Origin: a virus
Taxonomy: Duplodnaviria; Caudoviricetes
Reading direction: 5' to 3' (one strand)
IMG/VR virus record: IMGVR_UViG_3300045117_000178
Span: 1 to 59,847 of that record
DNA length: 59,847 nucleotides
In this document: one piece after another, positions 53,480 through 59,847 of the stretch
Layout of the letters: every line of letters begins with the position of its first letter
Position numbering within the stretch: the first letter of the stretch is position 1
Notes under the pieces: generated by a model
What the model was told of the DNA's origin: nothing
Seen by the model: only the letters and a program-made list of their open reading frames with translations
Databases searched by the model: none
Made by a program: the position numbers and the translations under genes

Positions 53480-54699
53480 GGCTTCGGCACCATGAACTTG
53501 GGGTTGAGGCAGGCCGCGAGCTGTCCAGCCTGGGTAGGCGGTGCCTTCGGTGCTTCGTGCGAGTGCAACCCTAGCCACTTCAACAGCGCGCCAGAAGACA
53601 GGATCGGTTCGAGTGGACCGTTTCCGAGCTTGAGGATCGCGGCATCGATGGTCTTGACGCCAGTGATGACCTCCATGCTGACCGCGGCCTTGAACGAGTG
53701 TGTCCCCATCACCTCCTCGTTCTTGGCCCCAGAGACCTTGATCTCCTGCGTGCCCGTGACGGTCAACTTGTCTGACCCCATCACGGTCGTCTCGCGGCCG
53801 CCCGTGTACTTCTCGGTCAGCTTGCCCCCAGACACGATGTCGATGTCACCACTCTTCTTGATCCGAAGCGTGTAGTTCTCCCCGGAAGCGGAGCCGTCGT
53901 CGACCTTCACGTTCTTGGGTGCGATCACCAGCTCGTAGCGGATGTCGTCGCTCACGTGCCCGAAGCGGACCTGGACGTCGGCCTTGTCGTTCTGCGCCTT
54001 GTCCCGGACGGTCAGACGGTAGATGACAGGGGCTTCACCCGCAGGGTCTCCCTCTTGACGATCCACCCGCCAGAAGACCGCTCCTCCTGGGGTGCTCATC
54101 TCGAAGTTCTCGCAGAACTGGCGCAGATAGTTGAGGACCGGTATGAACATCGTCTGGCAGGTGGGCGTGGTGCCGATCTGGATCACTCCACCTCGACGCA
54201 AGTAGATGAAGTTGCCGTCATGCCCAACGAGTGCTATGTCCCCTGGATTCAGATCTGGCCTGTTGCTGCGAAACGACCCTCCAGCCTTCTTGGGCGCGCT
54301 CTCTCCCGTGGACTGCGCGGTGGAGGGTTTTGGTAGATCTTCCTCGTTCTCCACGCCCGGCTGATCGGCCTTGTCTGTGAGGTCGTCCTGTTGTGCCTTC
54401 TCCGATTTCGGCACGCCGACGAAGCCCAACACGAAGGGCGATTGGGAGTCCGAGGGCGACGTGAAGTAGCAGACGGTGCCGACCTCCGGCATGACGTAGA
54501 TGCCGGCACCGTTCGTCGCCTCCAGGTACGGACACATGAGCGGTACCTTTGGAACGAACTTGCCGCTGTACTCGGAGATGATGTCGACCGTCCAGTTCTT
54601 CATGTCGACATCGGCGATGACCCCCTTCTCCGCCCAGGTCGGTACCTGGGCGTTCACCCTTTGCGAGGGGGAGTTGGACGTGCCCGAAGGGGTTGTCAC
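53476..54699 (-). CDS. Baseplate central spike (gp5/GpV-like)
   Basis: OB-fold GIYVMPEVG...PFVLGF, beta-helix repeats, C-terminal HSH metal-binding motif. Confidence 0.8.
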   Translation of the reverse strand: MTTPSGTSNSPSQRVNAQVPTWAEKGVIADVDMKNWTVDIISEYSGKFVPKVPLMCPYLEATNGAGIYVMPEVGTVCYFTSPSDSQSPFVLGFVGVPKSEKAQQDDLTDKADQPGVENEEDLPKPSTAQSTGESAPKKAGGSFRSNRPDLNPGDIALVGHDGNFIYLRRGGVIQIGTTPTCQTMFIPVLNYLRQFCENFEMSTPGGAVFWRVDRQEGDPAGEAPVIYRLTVRDKAQNDKADVQVRFGHVSDDIRYELVIAPKNVKVDDGSASGENYTLRIKKSGDIDIVSGGKLTEKYTGGRETTVMGSDKLTVTGTQEIKVSGAKNEEVMGTHSFKAAVSMEVITGVKTIDAAILKLGNGPLEPILSSGALLKWLGLHSHEAPKAPPTQAGQLAACLNPKFMVPKP

Positions 54700-54708
54700 G
54701 TCGAGATC

Positions 54709-55179
54709 CTAGTAGCCGGCGTAGACAGGCTGGGGCTTCGGGCGAGAGAATGCCTTGTGCAGTAGTGCCCCAGCTCCCAGCAGCGCGCCACCAGCAAGCC
54801 CGGCTTTGCCGAGCGGGGTCTTGGCGACAGACTTCAGGCCTCCCAGGATGCCTCCGCCGCGCGTGACGCTCTTGCCGCCGATGTTCTCGATCGTCGGGAT
54901 CTTGCCGCCCTCGAAGACGTTCTTTGTGTGCTGCCAGAGCGTGGTGCCGGCAGGTGCTCCCAGGCGTTGCGCCATGGGTCCGGACCCGCCGATCGCCTGA
55001 CCGAGGTGTCCAAGGCCCTCGCCCATGAACTGTCGCCCCTTGGTGAACATGCCAGGGGCCGCCGGGGCGTCTGCGGGGATCGGTGGGGCCTCGGCGTAGG
55101 CCATCTTCCTCAACTCGGTCAGCTCCTCGATGAAGGCCGACCCCAGCCTGGTCATGTAGATGTTGTCAGAGGTGTTCAT
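54709..55179 (-). CDS. AFIEEL..LRKMA-tagged Gly-rich protein with C-terminal TM
   Basis: Tag variant; AGLAGGALLGAGALL. Confidence 0.7.
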   Translation of the reverse strand: MNTSDNIYMTRLGSAFIEELTELRKMAYAEAPPIPADAPAAPGMFTKGRQFMGEGLGHLGQAIGGSGPMAQRLGAPAGTTLWQHTKNVFEGGKIPTIENIGGKSVTRGGGILGGLKSVAKTPLGKAGLAGGALLGAGALLHKAFSRPKPQPVYAGY

Positions 55180-55188
55180 CTTGATCTC

Positions 55189-58100
55189 CTAGTGCGGGTG
55201 CTTCAATCCGAACTCTGCCCCGTGAGCGATCCCCGGTATCGGATGAGTCCCGTGGATGTTTGTTCCCCATCCTTTGTTGGCAGCCTCGATGATCGTTTCG
55301 TGCAAGCGCTCGTGGTTCAATCTTGCCATCCAGTCAGTCTGGATGTCGAGTGGCAGTTTCTGCACGCCTTTGAGGACCGGCGCGTGTTGAATCGGCCGTA
55401 GTCTCTCGGCATTGAGCCGCTTGTTGACGGCTTGGATCTGGGAGGTCGGGGCGAAATCGCCACGCAGGAACTCCTTGTTGTCCCCAGGTTCCTCAACACG
55501 GGTCAGGTTCGTCATGCTCTTGACGATGGTCTCGATGTTACGGCGACGGATGCCCTCGCTCTTGTAGAGATCGTAGAGCTGACTGGAGAGGTAGCCCTGG
55601 ACCTTGCTCAGACCAGCCAACGGCAGGAGCTCGTGGGGGTTGATGGGGCCGTGTGACACTGGGTCTCCCTTCTGCACGGCCATGCCCACGGACAGCTTCT
55701 TGGGCTTGTCACCGACGAAGACGATGGGCTCCCCTCGATCCTGGGGAACGTAGTGGCGCACGCCTTCGACGAAGACGTTCGTTCCTCCAGCCGGGTCCTT
55801 CGAGATCTTCGTGACCTTGCCTTCCATCGTGCTCAGGGTGGCCGACTTTGGGATCTTCTCGTAGAGCTGTACCAGCTGCTTCACGCGGTTGAACTGGTCG
55901 GTCAGCTGAGCTCGTGCCTTGGCCGCCTCTCCCACAGGCGCGATGCCGCCCTCATGGAAGGTCCGCATGGACAGCTGAGTCGCTCGCTCACCGATGGATT
56001 GGGCGCTGATGACCCCGACGTTCTTGCCGATGGCAGGGTGCTGTCCGTTCTCGTCCAAGCCGTAGCACTTGGCGCAGATCCCAGTCCCGTGCTCACACCG
56101 CAGAGGCGATCTCACAATGATCTTGCCGATGCGCGCCTTGTTGTTGCGCAGGCTATCTCGAACCTCCGGCGTGATGAGAGTGCCGGCTGGGAACGTCTTC
56201 TTGCCGATCTTGACATCGACCGCCAGGTGGCGGTCGAGGATGTCCTTCTCCTCTACGGGCAGCGAGATGCCCTTCTTCGTACCACAATCGTGGACTCCGA
56301 CGATGTTGTTGATCACGGAGTTCATGACCTGCTTGGTGAGATAGCCGGGCTCTTCAACCGACTGTACCTTCTGGATGACGCCCTTCCTGGCCCCGGACAT
56401 CGAGGTCCAGTAGTCTCCGGTGTCCAGGCCCTCGGAGTAGGACTTCCTGACGGGCGACGGGATCACCTCACCTTTGGCATTCATGATCAACATGGGAGCC
56501 ATGGTGATCTGCCTGTAGGCGTCGATGCTGGGTTTCACGCCGGCCTTCATCATGTTGAATAGGGCAGTCGGCTTCTTCGAGTGCTGGGTGTCGACGACGT
56601 GCAACATCGCTTGCGTCGCGCCGTCGTAGACCTGGACGACCTTCTTCTCCTTGTCCACCTGCTTGCCGGGCCCCTTCATGATCTCGGCGACCTTGGCATC
56701 AGCCATCCTCAAGATCTTGTCTCTCGTGACTTTGTCGGCCCGCAGATCGTCCAGTCCGAGAGAGAGCGCCTTGTTTGTGGCGAACTGGTTGCCCAGGTCC
56801 TTGAGCTTGTTCGAGACCACACCGAAGTCGTTCTTGTGCTCTTTGGCCACGACCGTCAGGAGTGCTGCCTGTCCCTTGCCATCGAGAACGAAGGTTGGAT
56901 CCAGCACCTTCTTCCGAAGAGGCTCCGGCAGGACTTCAGCAATGAGAGCTCTGCCAACCGTCGTTCTGCCCTGCCCGATCTTCACCTCGTGATTGAAGTT
57001 GATCTTCCCCTGGTGCGCGGCCTGCGCGGCAGTTGCTAGGTCCTTGAAGGACTCATTGGAACGCCCGGTGACCTGTGCCAGCGTGAAGAGGCCCAGCTGG
57101 CTCTCGTGCGTGGGTCGGTACATGATCGAACCGCTGGCAGGGCTGAAGAGATTGCGCGAAGGGAGCATGTCGTACGCTTCCTTCACGGCCTGGGTGGTCA
57201 ACGGGACGAACGCGCTCATGGTGTCGCCGTCGAAGTCGGCATTGTAGCCGGACGTCACCAGCGGGTGGATCTTGATGGCTTTGCCACTGATGAGCACGGG
57301 CTTGAACGCTTGCACGCCGTAGCGATGCAGCACGGGGTCGCGCTTCATCAGCAGCGGTCGGTTGTCGACCACGCGCTCGAGAGCCCTGGAAGCAAGGGGG
57401 TCGTTGTTCTTGATGGCCAGCTGCGCCTGGAGCGGCGTCATGTCTGCCAGGCCGCGCAGCTCACGCACCACGAACGGCTTGTAGATCTCCATGGCCGCCG
57501 TCCGCGGGATGCCGACCTGGTCCAGCCCGAGCTCGGGCTCTGGGATGATGGTCGAGCGCATGCTGAGGTCCTGCTTGCGCTTGATCAGTTTCTCCTGGAA
57601 GAACCCCTCCTTCGGCTTGCCCTCCTTCTCTCCCTCCTTCACGCGCTTTCCACGGATGATGTCGAGCACGCCACGGAACTTCTGGTTGAGGTGGCCGCCG
57701 AGACCGGCAAGCGACCGCATGCCGTCGTAGATGGCCGACCGTCGGTCATCCTTCATGTGGTCGGGCAGAAGTGGACTGGCCTCGTTCATCTTCTTCACGA
57801 GCAGGCCGACGCCCTTGTACATGTGGTTGAGGTCGTCCTCGTTCAGGCTTCCGTTGGGCATGACCGACACCGGGCGTAGAGCCGGTGGGATCACCGGGAT
57901 GTGCTGCTGCATGTAGGCTTCATGCGGCGTCATCCCGAGGTTGCTCAGGACCGACAGATACTTGACCTTCTTGTTCGTGGCATCGAGCTTCGGACCCTTC
58001 AACGCGGGGTCAGCTAGGCGGGCCTGAGCCGCCCTCAGCTCTTTCTGCACGTCGATCTTGCCCAATAGGTGGGAGATCGCCAGGCCGCTGCGCAGGCCTT

Positions 58101-59847
58101 CCTCGGGCTTGACGAACGCGCCGGTCTTCGGGTGGATGGCCTTCTCACCCGACATGACGGCGTCGAAGTCCTTCTGTTTGAGCCCCGTGAGGCTGGTGAT
58201 GGCCTTCTCGAAGATCGGGTTCGGCATGGGCTCGGGCAGCTTGATGTGGGCCCACTTCGTGCCGTCGACACCACCAGTCACCTTCGGGTCGAACAGGCCG
58301 TGCTCTTCCGGCTTCAGGTTCTTCCCGATCACCATCCGTCCGGGGTCCTTGATCGCGCCGTTGCTCATCTCCAGGACGTTCTTGTCCGTGAGCGGCATGA
58401 GGTTGATGGTGTTGCCCTGCTTGACGGCGTTCACTCCGATGGCTTTGAGGTAGCCCAGGAACTTGTTGTAGGCGAACGACGGTTTGGGAGGAGGAATCGG
58501 ATCTCCGGCCTGGATGGCAGACCACAGTTCGTCGTTGGTCTCGGCGTTGCTCTTGTAGGTCTGCATCTCGCGGATGTTGGCTTTCGCCCCGTGCGCCAAC
58601 ATCGCGTACAGGCCCAGTGCGTCGATCGCTTGCGCTCCGTGGGGACCACCACCTTTCGGGATGTGGTTCACGTCGTAGGAGTAGCCGGGACCACCGGCAC
58701 GTGCGACCAGCTTCTTCTCCACCTGGTGCTTGAGCTTGTGAATGTAGTGCGGCCCGACCAGAGCCTCTCCCATAGGCTTGCCGGAGGTCGGGTCGAACAG
58801 CAGCTCCTTGTCTGACAGACCGTGGGCCTTGAGGTCTTTCTGCACGCGATCAAGCCAGTCCTCGGTGCCGTCGAAGTTCTGGATCTGGTAGGGCTTGCCC
58901 GTCTTCTCGGCGATCTTGGCGGCCGCGGTCTCCAGCACCTGGCCAAGGTTGAGACGGCCGGGGATGCCGGCAGGGTTCAGCGCGATGTCGATGTGACGTC
59001 CGTCCGAAGTCTTCGGCATCTCGTGATCGGGCACGATGCGGGTGATGATGCCCTTGTTCCCATGCCGTCCGGTGATCTTGTCACCGATCTCCGCCGCCTC
59101 GTTCGTACGGACGTGGACCTCGACACGCCCACCGTGCTTGACAATGTTCGTGACAATGCCCGGATGATCGGCTTCCCACCGGATGGACGCATCGCTGTAC
59201 GGCTGCACGAGCGACTTGTGCATGCGCGACAGCATCCTCGACTCGTCGTCAGTGATGTCCTTCTTCTTCAAGGCCGCAACGAGGAGGTCGCCCGGCTTGA
59301 TCTCCGTTCCGGGCTTGATCACGCCGTCCTCGTCCAGCTTGTCCATGTGCCCCTTCGTGATCGTGCTTCCGAAGTAGGAGGCGAACTTCTTCCGGTCCTG
59401 CACGTGGTCCGGGCTGAGATCGAGACCCTTCCGGTACATGTGCTCGGACGTCAGTTTGCGCGAGGCGCTGTCGCTGATGACGACGCCGTCCTCGAAGTTG
59501 TACCCATGGAACGGGACGAAGCCGGCGCGCAGGTTGGTGCCCAGAGCCAGACTACCGTTGCGAGTGAAGTTGGTGTCTGCCACCACCTGGTTCTCACGCA
59601 CGCGATCGCCAGGCTTCACAAGCGGCGCGCTGTGCATGAAGCTCTTCTCATCGTTGAGCGGGAAGTGTTCGTACAGCTGCATCTCATGCTTCTTGCCATC
59701 ATCTCCCTGGATGTGGATGTGATCTTTGCCGACCTTCAGCACCTCGCCGGACACCGGAGCTAGATGAGAGCTGCTGCGTCCGATGAGCTCGTTCAGAGTC
59801 GCGGCCGTGGGGGGGGGAAACCGCGTGTGGGAGGGGGGGACATCCCC
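55189..59847 (-). CDS. Phage multisubunit RNA polymerase, beta/beta' fusion (5' truncated)
   Basis: beta: GYNFEDG, GDKITGRHGNKG, NPAGIPGRLNLGQ, KLKH; beta': PVIPP.LRP, RDPVLHR, YNADFDGD, GARKG, AQSIGE..TQLSMRTFH; frame stays open upstream of 59754. Confidence 0.95.
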   Translation of the reverse strand, partial: GDVPPSHTRFPPPTAATLNELIGRSSSHLAPVSGEVLKVGKDHIHIQGDDGKKHEMQLYEHFPLNDEKSFMHSAPLVKPGDRVRENQVVADTNFTRNGSLALGTNLRAGFVPFHGYNFEDGVVISDSASRKLTSEHMYRKGLDLSPDHVQDRKKFASYFGSTITKGHMDKLDEDGVIKPGTEIKPGDLLVAALKKKDITDDESRMLSRMHKSLVQPYSDASIRWEADHPGIVTNIVKHGGRVEVHVRTNEAAEIGDKITGRHGNKGIITRIVPDHEMPKTSDGRHIDIALNPAGIPGRLNLGQVLETAAAKIAEKTGKPYQIQNFDGTEDWLDRVQKDLKAHGLSDKELLFDPTSGKPMGEALVGPHYIHKLKHQVEKKLVARAGGPGYSYDVNHIPKGGGPHGAQAIDALGLYAMLAHGAKANIREMQTYKSNAETNDELWSAIQAGDPIPPPKPSFAYNKFLGYLKAIGVNAVKQGNTINLMPLTDKNVLEMSNGAIKDPGRMVIGKNLKPEEHGLFDPKVTGGVDGTKWAHIKLPEPMPNPIFEKAITSLTGLKQKDFDAVMSGEKAIHPKTGAFVKPEEGLRSGLAISHLLGKIDVQKELRAAQARLADPALKGPKLDATNKKVKYLSVLSNLGMTPHEAYMQQHIPVIPPALRPVSVMPNGSLNEDDLNHMYKGVGLLVKKMNEASPLLPDHMKDDRRSAIYDGMRSLAGLGGHLNQKFRGVLDIIRGKRVKEGEKEGKPKEGFFQEKLIKRKQDLSMRSTIIPEPELGLDQVGIPRTAAMEIYKPFVVRELRGLADMTPLQAQLAIKNNDPLASRALERVVDNRPLLMKRDPVLHRYGVQAFKPVLISGKAIKIHPLVTSGYNADFDGDTMSAFVPLTTQAVKEAYDMLPSRNLFSPASGSIMYRPTHESQLGLFTLAQVTGRSNESFKDLATAAQAAHQGKINFNHEVKIGQGRTTVGRALIAEVLPEPLRKKVLDPTFVLDGKGQAALLTVVAKEHKNDFGVVSNKLKDLGNQFATNKALSLGLDDLRADKVTRDKILRMADAKVAEIMKGPGKQVDKEKKVVQVYDGATQAMLHVVDTQHSKKPTALFNMMKAGVKPSIDAYRQITMAPMLIMNAKGEVIPSPVRKSYSEGLDTGDYWTSMSGARKGVIQKVQSVEEPGYLTKQVMNSVINNIVGVHDCGTKKGISLPVEEKDILDRHLAVDVKIGKKTFPAGTLITPEVRDSLRNNKARIGKIIVRSPLRCEHGTGICAKCYGLDENGQHPAIGKNVGVISAQSIGERATQLSMRTFHEGGIAPVGEAAKARAQLTDQFNRVKQLVQLYEKIPKSATLSTMEGKVTKISKDPAGGTNVFVEGVRHYVPQDRGEPIVFVGDKPKKLSVGMAVQKGDPVSHGPINPHELLPLAGLSKVQGYLSSQLYDLYKSEGIRRRNIETIVKSMTNLTRVEEPGDNKEFLRGDFAPTSQIQAVNKRLNAERLRPIQHAPVLKGVQKLPLDIQTDWMARLNHERLHETIIEAANKGWGTNIHGTHPIPGIAHGAEFGLKHPH

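Noticed and set aside
1-59847. CRISPR array, tRNA, tmRNA, integrase, transposase, portal
   Set aside because: No regularly spaced repeats, cloverleafs or diagnostic motifs recognised by eye; the portal may be outside the window or unrecognised
55189-59847. Host rpoB/rpoC
   Set aside because: Lacks ribosomal-protein context and several bacterial domains, and is flanked by phage structural genes; gene symbol withheld
59808-59847. Poly-G tracts as G-quadruplex or terminal repeat
   Set aside because: At the window edge and unlike the rest of the gene; more likely low-quality sequence end
1-59847. Stop-codon reassignment
   Set aside because: Genes tile tightly under the standard code and TAG, TGA and TAA all end genes

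Overview
GC-rich window from a large, probably uncultured contractile-tailed phage (myovirus-like); no host chromosomal core operons are visible. The right ~37 kb is a minus-strand virion module: a 5'-truncated beta/beta' fused multisubunit RNA polymerase, baseplate spike, terminase large subunit, putative prohead protease, scaffold/internal head proteins, major capsid, neck, a 1215-aa tail sheath and tail tube. The left ~22 kb holds small accessory and nucleotide-metabolism genes (tmk, dNK, MazG-like, RNase HII, HAD, P-loop kinase), an SLT lysin, a ParB/DGQHR protein and a Bd0055-like bacterial histone. Two systems stand out. (1) A private transcription grammar: 16 copies of an A-run-N17-20-ATAAG promoter-like motif, 15 of which are closed by a GC hairpin followed by TTAGCT instead of poly-U. 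Three of these units have no convincing ORF and look like structured ncRNAs, one displaying the 16S rRNA anti-SD sequence. Virion genes instead carry sigma70-like promoters. (2) A protein-level code: about 17 head-module proteins are punctuated by K-x-A/S motifs and several begin with an AF(F/W)DELxKxA tag, often followed by Gly-zipper helices, suggesting a capsid-targeting and protease-processing system for injected cargo. All functional calls come from motif recognition by eye; no searches were run.
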